From assembly GCA_039208735.1 (NCBI GenBank), contig JBCCQY010000048.1:1-60304 (forward strand): a stretch of 60,304 nt of DNA, in the 5' to 3' direction. Below are positions 1 to 9,651 of the stretch, piece after piece; positions within the stretch are counted from its first letter, which is position 1; each line of letters opens with the position of its first letter. The position numbers were made by a program, and so were the translations under genes. The stretch comes from Myxococcota bacterium (GTDB taxonomy: Bacteria > Myxococcota_A > UBA796 > GCA-2862545). The notes beneath the pieces are model-generated. The model was not told where the DNA came from, made no database searches, and was given only the letters and a program-made list of their open reading frames with translations.

Positions 1-2
1 CC

Positions 3-2207
3 TACACCACGACGTTTGCCGGTGACTACCTCACCGTGTTCGCGAGCGGAGAGCCGGAAGGCGAACTTAGCGGCCCCCTGCCCGACCTCGTGTGGGATAC
101 GAACAGCGCGTTGCAGTCCGAAATCGACACCTACATCCACACCCACATCGTGCGCGATTGGGGTGAACGGGTTTCGCCCACGATCAACATTGTGACCGAC
201 CCGCTGGTTGCGTTTGTCGACATCAACAATTCGTGCAACGCGTTCTACGATGGCAACATCAATTTCTTTAGCGCGGGCAATGGGTGCAACGACACCGGCG
301 AGAATGCCGATGTCATCTACCATGAATGGGGCCACGGGTTCCATGCGACGAGTCTTCAGGCAGGCTTCTTCGATGGCAGCCTTTCGGAAGGGGTGGCCGA
401 TACGGTCGCGTTCATCCAGACCCGCGACAGCATCATCGCGCCTGGTTTCAGCACCAACGGCAATGGCATTCGCGATGTCTCGCCCGACCGCGTCTACCCC
501 CAAGACTTCAATCCGAACGGCGCTCCGCACCCCAACGGCCTTATCTTCGGCGGCACGATGTGGGACTTGCTCTTTGCCCTCGAAGCCATCGAAGGCATCC
601 CGATGGGCACCGAGAGCCTCGAACAAATCTTCGCTGGGTTGGTCCGCGGAGGCACCGACATCCCTGGAACGTGGGGCGAGGCCCTACTCGCGGATGATGA
701 TGATGGCGACCTGTCGAATGGTACCCCTCACATCTGCACGATGTTCACCGAATTCTCGCGGCATGGCATCGGCCCGCAAGGGGCCCAGGGCCTGGCCGCG
801 GTGAACCATGTTCCCATCGAGGGGTCCGACGCAAACACCGACATCCTCATCGAAGCCGAGGTGGTTGATCTGACGGGTGGCGCCTGTCCGGTCGGGACGG
901 TCACCAACGGGCTGCTCTTCTACCGCGTCGATGGAGGGCTGTGGTTCAACGTGGCCTTGCAAGGTTCGCCCATCCTTTCGGCGAGCATTCCGGGCCAGCC
1001 GACCGGTGCCATCGTGGAGTATTACTTCACGGGCACCCTCGGCGGGGACTTCGTCGTGCCGACGGGCGGTGACATTCGGCCCTACAACTTGATGGTCGGC
1101 GAGGAGTTGCCGATTCAGTGTTGGGACTTCGAAGCGGACGACGGCGGGTTTACGCATGCGCTGTTGGCCGGTGAACCCTCCGCAGGGGCCGACGACTGGC
1201 AGTGGGGCAATCCCGCCGGCCGTAACCAGGACCCGGCGGCCGCCTTCTCGGGCAACAACGTGTGGGGCAATGACCTCGGGAACCCCGTCGGAGGCAACAA
1301 CTTTAACGGGTTGTACCAGTCGGAAAAGGTCAATGCACTGACCGCGCCTACGGTGGCGACAGGCCACTACACCGACGTGATGCTGAAATACCGACGCTGG
1401 TTGTCGATCGAGGACGGTACCTTCGACATTGCCGAGATCTTCGCAAACGACATCGTGGTGTGGGAGAACCTCGCGGGTGGGGGTGAAGACCATCACATCG
1501 ACGAAGAATGGATGAACCACGTGGTGCGGCTCGGTCGGGACGTGGACCAGAATGAGGCGCGCCTTGTCTGGCAGTTGAGTTCCGACCAGTTCTTGAACTT
1601 CGGCGGCTGGACGCTCGACGATGTCTGTGTGACGGCGCCGGCCACCGCCGACAACCGACTCGGCATCGATGACTTCGTGGCCGATGTGCGTTCCGATATC
1701 GATGTGAACCTCACCTGGACCCATCCGAAGCATGCGCCGGTGGAGCGCGTGAAGGTCGTTCGAAACTTCAACCGGTTTCCGAAAGACCATCAGGACGGCA
1801 TGACCATCGCCGAGTTCGCAAACCCCGACCTCGACACGGCAGCCTCGTTCGATGATGTCAACTACGCAAAGGGCGATAGTTACTACGCAGTCTACGCCTT
1901 CGACGGTGACGCTTGGCTGTCATGGACGATCGAAGGGTTCAATGCGGCTCAGGTGAAGCTGGTCGGCGGAAAGGCCCCGGAAGGCTGGCCGGACTACCCC
2001 GAGCCGAACGACCCGAAGGACCCGAAGGACCCCACAGAACCGAAGGACCCGACAGATCCTGGTGAGCCCGAGCCCGAGCCGACCACGCCCGAGCCAACCG
2101 ACGATGGGTTTTTTGCGCAGTGCGGTTGCAGCAACACGAATCCGGCGCCTGGTGCGGCACTCTTCTTCGCGTCTCTGGCCCTCGTCGGGCTACGGCGTCG
2201 TCGCTAG
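3..2207 (+). CDS. 5'-truncated secreted zinc metallopeptidase (M36 fungalysin/M4-like) with beta-sandwich domains, Pro/Asp/Lys linker and MYXO-CTERM-like anchor
   Basis: Frame is open from base 3 (YTTTFAGDYLTV...). NADVIYHEWGHGFH gives HEXXH, followed by GSLSEGVAD (third Zn ligand). C-terminus is CGCSNTNPAPGAALFFASLALVGLRRRR. Confidence 0.8.
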   Translation, partial: YTTTFAGDYLTVFASGEPEGELSGPLPDLVWDTNSALQSEIDTYIHTHIVRDWGERVSPTINIVTDPLVAFVDINNSCNAFYDGNINFFSAGNGCNDTGENADVIYHEWGHGFHATSLQAGFFDGSLSEGVADTVAFIQTRDSIIAPGFSTNGNGIRDVSPDRVYPQDFNPNGAPHPNGLIFGGTMWDLLFALEAIEGIPMGTESLEQIFAGLVRGGTDIPGTWGEALLADDDDGDLSNGTPHICTMFTEFSRHGIGPQGAQGLAAVNHVPIEGSDANTDILIEAEVVDLTGGACPVGTVTNGLLFYRVDGGLWFNVALQGSPILSASIPGQPTGAIVEYYFTGTLGGDFVVPTGGDIRPYNLMVGEELPIQCWDFEADDGGFTHALLAGEPSAGADDWQWGNPAGRNQDPAAAFSGNNVWGNDLGNPVGGNNFNGLYQSEKVNALTAPTVATGHYTDVMLKYRRWLSIEDGTFDIAEIFANDIVVWENLAGGGEDHHIDEEWMNHVVRLGRDVDQNEARLVWQLSSDQFLNFGGWTLDDVCVTAPATADNRLGIDDFVADVRSDIDVNLTWTHPKHAPVERVKVVRNFNRFPKDHQDGMTIAEFANPDLDTAASFDDVNYAKGDSYYAVYAFDGDAWLSWTIEGFNAAQVKLVGGKAPEGWPDYPEPNDPKDPKDPTEPKDPTDPGEPEPEPTTPEPTDDGFFAQCGCSNTNPAPGAALFFASLALVGLRRRR
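1996..2100 (+). repeat. Coding low-complexity repeat (DPK/EP linker)
   Basis: Tandem gacccgaag and gagccc units encode DPKDPKDPTEPKDPTDPGEPEPEP. Confidence 0.8.
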
Positions 2208-2357
2208 CTCCATTCTGGGGGGGCTCTAGGTCCCTCCAGTTTACATCCCCCAGACCGTCTTCACTGTTTCGGGCGTCCACTGTGTTGGACAAAACGTGAG
2301 GCGGGGCTGCCAAGATGGTAGGCCTTCGCCCAACCGAATCGTGCAGGGGAGGCGCCC

Positions 2358-3404
2358 ATGGGGGGGCTCTGGTGGGGGACGTTGGTCCTCGTTGCATCTG
2401 CTTGGGCTCAGTCTGAAGAGGACGAGTCTCAGTCTGACTCGCAAAGCCAGGGAAGTGGCGCGCCGCCGGCGGAGGTGTCTTCTCGCGTCCGTGGGCTTGC
2501 ACAGCTCAGTACGGCTTTCCTGGTAGGTCCGACCTCGGCCGCCACTTCGGTGACGACAGAGACTGGAACGGTCGAGGTCGGACCTTTCTTTAACCCTCAA
2601 TTGCGTACACAATTGGCCGTTCTCGTCCAGGTTCCGGTGACCAAAACCGTGGACCTGCTCGCCTCCTGGGGGGTCTTTCGGGATCTGACGCTGTGCGACA
2701 CATGCGGCAACGGAACCCAGCCTGGGTTGGGGCGGGCACCGATTGCATCGAGCCGGGATCTGGCCCTGTCGCTGGGACACATCCTGAAAATCGATAAGCA
2801 GCGGTCGTTGCGCATTGCTGTGCAGAACGTGGTGCCTGCCTCGAGAGACTCCTTGCGCTGCAATCCTTTGATCGCGGCGCCCGGGGTGGCGGCCCGCTTC
2901 ACCCAACGCGTCGGAAAACGCACCTCCCTGTGGGCTACCGGAAGTGTGGCTCGACCGATTCACGCCTTTGCGGCAGCGCCAGTCGGACGATGCAGTCGAC
3001 GCCTAACCGATCCCACGGTCGACACCCTGGCCGGGCCGGTCACTCCCACCCCGTGGGCGGGCACGTGGAGGGCTGGAAACAACCCCGCACTCCAGACTTC
3101 TTTGCGGTTGCAGTGGTTCGATCCGCACGCCTTGATCAAAAAGGTTCCCAAGCGACTGCGGACCGTCCTCGCGGTGGGCGTGGAGGCCACGCAAGCACGA
3201 CGGCAATCCACCGAGGGTTCGAAGCGGCCATTGGTGGGGAACGTACCCTTGCGCATGGCGGTGGGGTGGACCACGACCAAGCAGATCGATCTTCAGTTGT
3301 CTGTCGCGAATCAAACCCCCACGCTGGTGGCGGATGGCGCCGGAAATCTCGCCGCCCTGCCCGCTCGCACCACCACCACCCTGTCGGCCATCGGCCGATT
3401 CTGA
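2358..3404 (+). CDS. Secreted hypothetical protein, probable outer-membrane beta-barrel
   Basis: GGAGG RBS, signal peptide ending ASAWA, alternating beta-strand pattern and C-terminal Phe (TTLSAIGRF). Confidence 0.6.
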   Translation: MGGLWWGTLVLVASAWAQSEEDESQSDSQSQGSGAPPAEVSSRVRGLAQLSTAFLVGPTSAATSVTTETGTVEVGPFFNPQLRTQLAVLVQVPVTKTVDLLASWGVFRDLTLCDTCGNGTQPGLGRAPIASSRDLALSLGHILKIDKQRSLRIAVQNVVPASRDSLRCNPLIAAPGVAARFTQRVGKRTSLWATGSVARPIHAFAAAPVGRCSRRLTDPTVDTLAGPVTPTPWAGTWRAGNNPALQTSLRLQWFDPHALIKKVPKRLRTVLAVGVEATQARRQSTEGSKRPLVGNVPLRMAVGWTTTKQIDLQLSVANQTPTLVADGAGNLAALPARTTTTLSAIGRF

Positions 3405-3423
3405 CACCCCATCTGGAGGGATC

Positions 3424-6400
3424 ATGTGGCCACTACTAGTGGTGGCGACAGCCATGTTGGGCTGTCGACCGCGCACCATTGACACCGTGCAACCTGGTGC
3501 CGTCGCAAAGTCGGCGTTCGACGGAGAGTGGTTTTGGCGCCGCACCGTCACGGAGGTGCCGTACGGCACGAGTTCGACCTTTGCTGGTGCCACCGACGAA
3601 CTCGAACGCATCGTCTGGCAGATCGAAGAAGATGTGTTGCTCGGATACCGCTCGTACCCCAATGTAGACGCGACGGTCGAAGTGAGCAAAAATGGGCATT
3701 ATGGAGCCCCGCTCCTTGTCTTTCCCATCGAAAAACACTTCGACATTCGGCGGGATTACGACCGACGAACCGGGGAAGAGGGCAACGTCATCGTTGAAAA
3801 TACTGAGGCATCCTGGACAGATCGGGAATACCTCCGGGTGGACTGGTCCCAGAATCTGGCTGACGTTCGCTTTTCCGTCGCGGGTCTCGATGCCAGCGTG
3901 CTCGGATACGCCAGCACCGACGGTGCTTCGGCCCCCGTGTTCGACGATTCAGATGCAGACGGCATCATCGACTCGATGCTGGTCGATCAGCGAGTCCTGC
4001 TCGAGCCTGATACCACCCGGCTCCCCGGGTTTGGCGATGTGCCGGTCTGCCTGTTTTACGGACAGGCCCAGGTCGAGTGTGCGGCGAGTGAAGTCACGGT
4101 TCGACACTCGTTCATTCGCACGGAGGGCCGCGCTGCCGTCGAGGGCCTCGCCTACAACGACCGGTTCATGGAAACCTTTGGCTACTTTCTCTCCGATCGA
4201 CTCGCCTTCGATCCCGCGTACGGCCTCGTTCACCCCAACCGGACCCGCTACGCCAACCGTCATCCCTTGTTCGCCCAGACCTACCAGACGGACGAGCTTG
4301 GCCGCATGCTCTGTCAAGGAGCGGGGATGACGGCCCCCTGTGACACGATGACGGCGGACCAAGAGCCTCGCGTGCTCGAGTTAGCGGTGTCCGACCGGCC
4401 GGTACGACCCATCGTCTACCACGCCGGACCTGGCTTTCCGGCCGATCTCATCGAGCCCATGCAGCGCGTGGCGGAAGAGTGGAACCGGCCGTTGGCCGAT
4501 TCGATCAATGGTTTACGCTATTGGGACTGCATCGATCGCGGCCGTCGGGAGCGGGTGTGTGAAGGGCTGCGCGATCCTGACCTGCAGGCCTTTGTCTTTT
4601 GTCCCAACAACCCATCGTTGCCGACCGATCCAGCCGTTTGCAACACGGACCACACCGGGCCTGAACATCGTCCAGATGGCGTTCCCGATAAAGTCCAGCT
4701 CGGCGACTTGCGCTACTCCATCGCCCATGTGTTCACCGAGCCCCAGCTCTCCTCTCCCTTTGGTTACGGTCCTTCCGCGGCCGATCCACTGGGGTCCGTG
4801 TTGCCGTTGGCCGACGGAGCCCGGCTGGGCCTCGGGGCGGGTGAGATCGTAAGCGGAACCGCGTTTGTCTATGGCCACGTGCTCGAACGGGTCTCGCATC
4901 AGGTCGCCGACCTCGTGCAGCTCCTGAACGGTGAACTCGACCCGACGACGTTCATCGACGGCGAGGACGTGACCGCGTGGGTCGAGGCCCAGCGCACGGG
5001 AAGCGCGACCTCCCTGTCCCAGACGGCCTCGGGCGACGGATCCGGGCCTGCGTGGAGTACCGACCGCGTGACCGCGCGTCTGAACCGCATCTCCAACGGA
5101 CTCGCGCCTCAGTTCGCGTCGCTCCATGACCTGCCCCGACCGACCACCCCCGCCGAAATGCAGACCTTCCTCGCCCAGGCGAGCCAGGTGATGCAGCAGT
5201 CGGGCTCGTTCGGCGCAGGGCAGGCGGGCGCCCATCGCGCGCTCGACCGTCTCATCGAGAGTGACCTCACCGAGGTCATGTGGAACGCGGAGACCATTGG
5301 ACTGCATGGGTTTGACCCCACTGCGGTAGCGCCCGAGGAGCTTGCCGAGCACCGTCCCCTCGACTTGCTCGACCCTGACCGGGTCGCTGAGCGCGAAGCA
5401 GGCCGGGTGTTGGCCGGCCAGCATGCGGTCGACTTCCACGATGATGCGGCCTTTGCCGACTCCACCCTCATCGGATTGGCGAAGGACTACCAGGACCGTG
5501 GGCTTTCGTACGACGAAATCGTGGCCGATGTTCGCCGGGAATTGTTCGTCGAAGTCATGCTCCATGAGGTGGGGCACACCCTTGGGTTGCGCCATAACTT
5601 CGCGGCAAGCTTCGATGCCCTCAACTACCGTCCCGAATATTGGGAATTGCGTCAGTTGGACGGGACCGTAGCCCCTCGTCATGTGGATCCCGAGTCGCCA
5701 GCGGAACTCGAAGGGGGCATTCGGCAGTACCAATACAGCTCGGTGATGGACTACCACGGCAGCTCGGCGACCGGTTGGGCGGGTCTTGGTCATTACGACG
5801 AGGCGGCCGTGAAGTTTGGGTACGCAGGTCTCGTCGAGGTCTTTGACCAGGTGCCGGCCCGACCCGCCGTCGACGGCATTCCCAACGAGGTGGCCCTCAT
5901 TTACTGGGCTGCGTTCAACGACTCCAACCTGTTCCCTTCGCCGGTCCTCACACGCACCTCCGACAATTCGTTCATCCCAATGCATTACACCCAGTTGCCC
6001 GACATCGTGGGGGACTTTGAAGCCCGTGTAGACGTGCCGATCGATTGGCTGGCGCCGGTGCTATCTGACACCGTGTCGTTTTCGGAAGGGCTTGCGGTCA
6101 ACCGCAATGAAGGCGGGGCTCCCTTCGGGGCTCCTGCGGTGCCCTACCGCTTTTGCTCCGACGAGTTTGCTGTGGGCGTGACGTGTGCGCGATTCGATCA
6201 GGGGGCCGACCCCTACGAGTCCCATCAGTTCCTCTTTGAGCGCTACGCAAACGACTACGTGCTCCGCAATTTTGCTCGTCAGCGCTACGGATTTGGCAAC
6301 ACCCCGGCTTACGTTTCCCGGCTCCATGATCGGACCTTCGAGCCCCTGCGCACCTGGCAGCGCTACTACGCCCTGTTCCACGGCATCTTCGATGTGGAAG

Positions 6401-7347
6401 GGGACCCTCTGGCCGCCGATTTCTTCGCGGATGACATCGGCTTTGGCGGTTGGACGGCCGCGACCGACGATAGCTTCCGATTCCTGGTCCAGACGGTGAC
6501 CCGGCCCGAGCCTGGCCCGCACGGGTTGACGGAGCGGCCTGACGGGGTCGAGATGTACACGCCATTGGTGGGTGGCGAGTTGAACGTCGAACTCATCGAT
6601 GGTGCCTACTACGAGTCCGAGTGGGATTTCTCGAGTGGCTACCACTGGTTTGAACGCCAGTCGCGGATCGGGAGCTACTTCGATCGCATGCTTGCCCTGA
6701 TGACGCTGACGAACACTGCGTCGTACAACTTCATCGGCTACGATACCTCCATCGACCCGCGGGCGTACGCCATTGGCTTTCAGGACTTGTACCGCGACCC
6801 ACTGGCACTGGTACTTGGGGAGCTCATGGCCGACGAAGCCGACCGCCTGGCTCCCATCATGACGCATACCGGCCTCATGTATCCCGACCCGCTCGACCCC
6901 ACGCTGGCGTGGCCGCCCACCAACGCGTCGGTGGTGCAGCCCGCGGCGTACTGGCTGGTGCAGTACGATGCCGGCCTCTTCGGCAAAGCACTGTTGTCGC
7001 ATGGCTACGACCGGAGTTTCATCAATCGTTCGCGGCTGTTTGTGGAAGGTACAGGCGATGCGGTGGAGCCCGGGCCTGGTCAAGCCACCGTCTCGTTCGA
7101 CGATCCGGTATCGGGAAAAACCTGGGTGGCGTGGTCTGCCCCGTGGCTCGGTGACGATGGGGAGCCGGTCCTCGATGCGGATGGAGCGCCCATCGAACTC
7201 GGCAGCTCGGCGCGCTTGCTCCTGAAAGCCCAGCGCGTCGCGGAACGGTGTGAGACCGAGCCTGCGGCCTGCACGGAACTGCAGCGAATCAGTGCCGACC
7301 TCGACCTGCACCTCGCGGCCTACCGAGCGTTCGACGCCGCGCCGTAG
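3424..7347 (+). CDS. Large lipoprotein zinc-dependent metalloprotease (met-zincin, EcxA/DUF4953-like), about 1307 aa
   Basis: GGAGG then ATG at 3424. Lipobox AMLG-C, HEVGHTLGLRHNF zinc motif, Met-turn YSSVMDY and PYRFCSD. Confidence 0.88.
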   Translation: MWPLLVVATAMLGCRPRTIDTVQPGAVAKSAFDGEWFWRRTVTEVPYGTSSTFAGATDELERIVWQIEEDVLLGYRSYPNVDATVEVSKNGHYGAPLLVFPIEKHFDIRRDYDRRTGEEGNVIVENTEASWTDREYLRVDWSQNLADVRFSVAGLDASVLGYASTDGASAPVFDDSDADGIIDSMLVDQRVLLEPDTTRLPGFGDVPVCLFYGQAQVECAASEVTVRHSFIRTEGRAAVEGLAYNDRFMETFGYFLSDRLAFDPAYGLVHPNRTRYANRHPLFAQTYQTDELGRMLCQGAGMTAPCDTMTADQEPRVLELAVSDRPVRPIVYHAGPGFPADLIEPMQRVAEEWNRPLADSINGLRYWDCIDRGRRERVCEGLRDPDLQAFVFCPNNPSLPTDPAVCNTDHTGPEHRPDGVPDKVQLGDLRYSIAHVFTEPQLSSPFGYGPSAADPLGSVLPLADGARLGLGAGEIVSGTAFVYGHVLERVSHQVADLVQLLNGELDPTTFIDGEDVTAWVEAQRTGSATSLSQTASGDGSGPAWSTDRVTARLNRISNGLAPQFASLHDLPRPTTPAEMQTFLAQASQVMQQSGSFGAGQAGAHRALDRLIESDLTEVMWNAETIGLHGFDPTAVAPEELAEHRPLDLLDPDRVAEREAGRVLAGQHAVDFHDDAAFADSTLIGLAKDYQDRGLSYDEIVADVRRELFVEVMLHEVGHTLGLRHNFAASFDALNYRPEYWELRQLDGTVAPRHVDPESPAELEGGIRQYQYSSVMDYHGSSATGWAGLGHYDEAAVKFGYAGLVEVFDQVPARPAVDGIPNEVALIYWAAFNDSNLFPSPVLTRTSDNSFIPMHYTQLPDIVGDFEARVDVPIDWLAPVLSDTVSFSEGLAVNRNEGGAPFGAPAVPYRFCSDEFAVGVTCARFDQGADPYESHQFLFERYANDYVLRNFARQRYGFGNTPAYVSRLHDRTFEPLRTWQRYYALFHGIFDVEGDPLAADFFADDIGFGGWTAATDDSFRFLVQTVTRPEPGPHGLTERPDGVEMYTPLVGGELNVELIDGAYYESEWDFSSGYHWFERQSRIGSYFDRMLALMTLTNTASYNFIGYDTSIDPRAYAIGFQDLYRDPLALVLGELMADEADRLAPIMTHTGLMYPDPLDPTLAWPPTNASVVQPAAYWLVQYDAGLFGKALLSHGYDRSFINRSRLFVEGTGDAVEPGPGQATVSFDDPVSGKTWVAWSAPWLGDDGEPVLDADGAPIELGSSARLLLKAQRVAERCETEPAACTELQRISADLDLHLAAYRAFDAAP

Positions 7348-7393
7348 ACATCGTCGCAGGGGACGCGTACCGTCGAGGCACGCGGAGGTTTGC

Positions 7394-8800
7394 TTGTCCC
7401 TGACCCATGATGGGGCGCTTCGCCTGGCCGACTTTGGCACAGGCGAGCTCCTCAAAACCACTCAGAGCCTGTGTCCCCAATGCCTTGAGCGCATCCCCGC
7501 CGACGTGCGGCGCCGGGGAGGTGAGGTTTGGATGGACAAGGTGTGTCCCGACCACGGGCCGTTCAGCGCGAAGCTGGCCTCGGACGAGGCGCACTACTAC
7601 CAGCACGACCCACGGCTCGACTCGGTCGGGGGGTGCTGTGGCCCGGGTCAGCACTGTGGCGACCAAGTCGCGAACCACAGTTGCAACATGCTCATCGAGA
7701 TCACCCAGCGTTGCAACCTCACCTGTCCGACTTGCTACGCAGATTCGAGCCCGGAAAAGCTCGAGACCATGCCCTTCGAACGCTTCACCGCATTGGTCGA
7801 CGAGCTGCTCGCAAAGGGCAAGGGGGATGCAGACCTCATCCAGCTGTCGGGCGGCGAGCCGACGCTGCATCCCGATCTCTTTGCGATGATCGACTACGCG
7901 CTCGAGCGTGGAGTGCGGCAGGTCTACATCAATACGAACGGGATTAAACTGGCCAACCGTGGGTTTGTCGAGCGGTTGGCGGCCCATGGCGACCGGGTCT
8001 CGGTCTACCTGCAGTTCGATGGGCTGAAGCCTTCGACGCTCGATCTGCTACGGGGCCGGCGATCGCTTGTCGACACAAAACAGCAAGCCCTTGCCCATTG
8101 TGAAGCGGTGGGATTGAACACGGTGCCGGTGGTCACGTTGGCCAATGGCATCAATGATGATGAGCTGGGGGACATTCTTGAGGTGGCTCTGGCTCACCCC
8201 AGGGCCGTGCAGAAGGTGATGATCCAGCCTGCGATGTATTCGGGTCGCTACGACAACCCCCGGCTCGTCGAACGCCTCACGGTGGCAGATGTTGCCAAGA
8301 AGATCGCGTCCCAGACCGAAGGCCTGTGGATCGAAGATGACTTTGGGCCCATTCCTTGCTCGGACCCCAACTGTTTTTCGATGGCCGTGGCCTTGCGCAC
8401 GCCCGATGGGTTGTTGCCCGTCTCGCGGTACTTCCCTCGCTACGCGACCTGGTCCGAAGAGGCAAACATCGGCATGATCAGCTCGGTAAGCGACACGTTC
8501 GACAATCCCCAACAACTGTCTTCCGCGCTGCAATGGGCTCTGAGCACGGGGGCTCTCGAGTCGCTCGATGAGGCGGCGGTGGATCGGCTCCTCGACGCGG
8601 TCATGGCCTGGCAGACCGAGCAAGCGACGGATCGTCCCTTCCAGGGCATGTTCGCGATTGGGATCAAGCCCTTCATGGATGCGTACACCTTCGACCAAGA
8701 CCGCATCGACAAGTGCTGCGTGCACATCATTGCGCAGGATGGCACCCCGGTGAGCTTCTGTGAGTACAACGCGTTGCATCGTCCTACGGGGAGGGGTTGA
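7394..8800 (+). CDS. Radical SAM protein of the Tes/GDGT-MAS (MJ0619) family
   Basis: GGAGG at 7384 and TTG at 7394. N-terminal SLCPQC...VCPDHG rubredoxin-like site, CNLTCPTC rSAM motif, SGGEPT, YLQFDG, PCSDPNC and C-terminal FMDAYTFDQDRIDKCCVH...FCEYN. Confidence 0.85.
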   Translation: MSLTHDGALRLADFGTGELLKTTQSLCPQCLERIPADVRRRGGEVWMDKVCPDHGPFSAKLASDEAHYYQHDPRLDSVGGCCGPGQHCGDQVANHSCNMLIEITQRCNLTCPTCYADSSPEKLETMPFERFTALVDELLAKGKGDADLIQLSGGEPTLHPDLFAMIDYALERGVRQVYINTNGIKLANRGFVERLAAHGDRVSVYLQFDGLKPSTLDLLRGRRSLVDTKQQALAHCEAVGLNTVPVVTLANGINDDELGDILEVALAHPRAVQKVMIQPAMYSGRYDNPRLVERLTVADVAKKIASQTEGLWIEDDFGPIPCSDPNCFSMAVALRTPDGLLPVSRYFPRYATWSEEANIGMISSVSDTFDNPQQLSSALQWALSTGALESLDEAAVDRLLDAVMAWQTEQATDRPFQGMFAIGIKPFMDAYTFDQDRIDKCCVHIIAQDGTPVSFCEYNALHRPTGRG

Positions 8801-9651
8801 TGTCCGAGGCGCTGGATGCCGCGGCCTGTTGTGCCGCCTTCTACGAGCAAGACTGGGTCCGGATGTTGATGGGGGACCACTTCCATCCTGGGGGAGAGCC
8901 CCTCACCCGGCGGCTCATCGACGATCTCGCGCTGCAACCCGGCGATCGGGTACTCGATCTGGCGTGTGGCACCGGTACGACCGCGCGGATGCTCGCCCAG
9001 GGTTGGGACGTCGAGGTCATCGGGGTGGATGTGTCGAGGGCCAACCTGGAGCGAGCCACGGTCGGCGCTGAGCAACAGGGGATCACCAAGGTCGCCTTCC
9101 TCCCGGGCCGGGCTGCCGATCTACCGGTGGGTGAGGCACAGTTTGATGCGGTGATGGTGGAATGTGCAGTTTCAACCTTTGACAACAAGCCGGGGGTGGC
9201 GGCCGAGATCGCACGTGTCCTGAAGCCTGGGGGACGGCTCGCGATCAGCGATATGGCTGTGTACGGAACCATTCCTGAGAATTTGGCAACCTTCGGCCAT
9301 GGCTGGGCCTGCGTCGACGATGCATTGACCGTGGAAGGCTACCGTGCCTTGTTCGAGGGGGCAGGATTCACGGTGTTGGCTGAACACGACGAGAGCGACG
9401 GCCTGAACCAAATGCTGCTTGAAGTCAAGAAGAAGCTGCTGTTGGCGGGGCTCGGTGGCGCCTCAGGGTGGCTGTCGGAGCTGCAGGTAGACTTGCCCAC
9501 GCTGCGAGGCCTCATCGCCAAAGCGAAACAGGTGGTGGCCGACGGTAAGGTTCGGTACACCCGCCTTGTGTTCGCCCACGGGACGCCCCGATCGGAGGGG
9601 CCGAGCGCCAAGCGAGAGGGGGCGTGTGACCCAACGACCGGGTGTTGCTGA
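8800..9651 (+). CDS. Class I SAM-dependent methyltransferase with terminal Cys pairs
   Basis: TGATG overlap with the rSAM stop. HPGG, VLDLACGTG (motif I) and RVLKPGG. N-terminal ACCAAFY and C-terminal ACDPTTGCC. Confidence 0.88.
   Translation: MSEALDAAACCAAFYEQDWVRMLMGDHFHPGGEPLTRRLIDDLALQPGDRVLDLACGTGTTARMLAQGWDVEVIGVDVSRANLERATVGAEQQGITKVAFLPGRAADLPVGEAQFDAVMVECAVSTFDNKPGVAAEIARVLKPGGRLAISDMAVYGTIPENLATFGHGWACVDDALTVEGYRALFEGAGFTVLAEHDESDGLNQMLLEVKKKLLLAGLGGASGWLSELQVDLPTLRGLIAKAKQVVADGKVRYTRLVFAHGTPRSEGPSAKREGACDPTTGCC

Noticed and set aside
2204..2232. Terminator after the peptidase gene
   Set aside because: The stem is weak and imperfect, with no U-tract.
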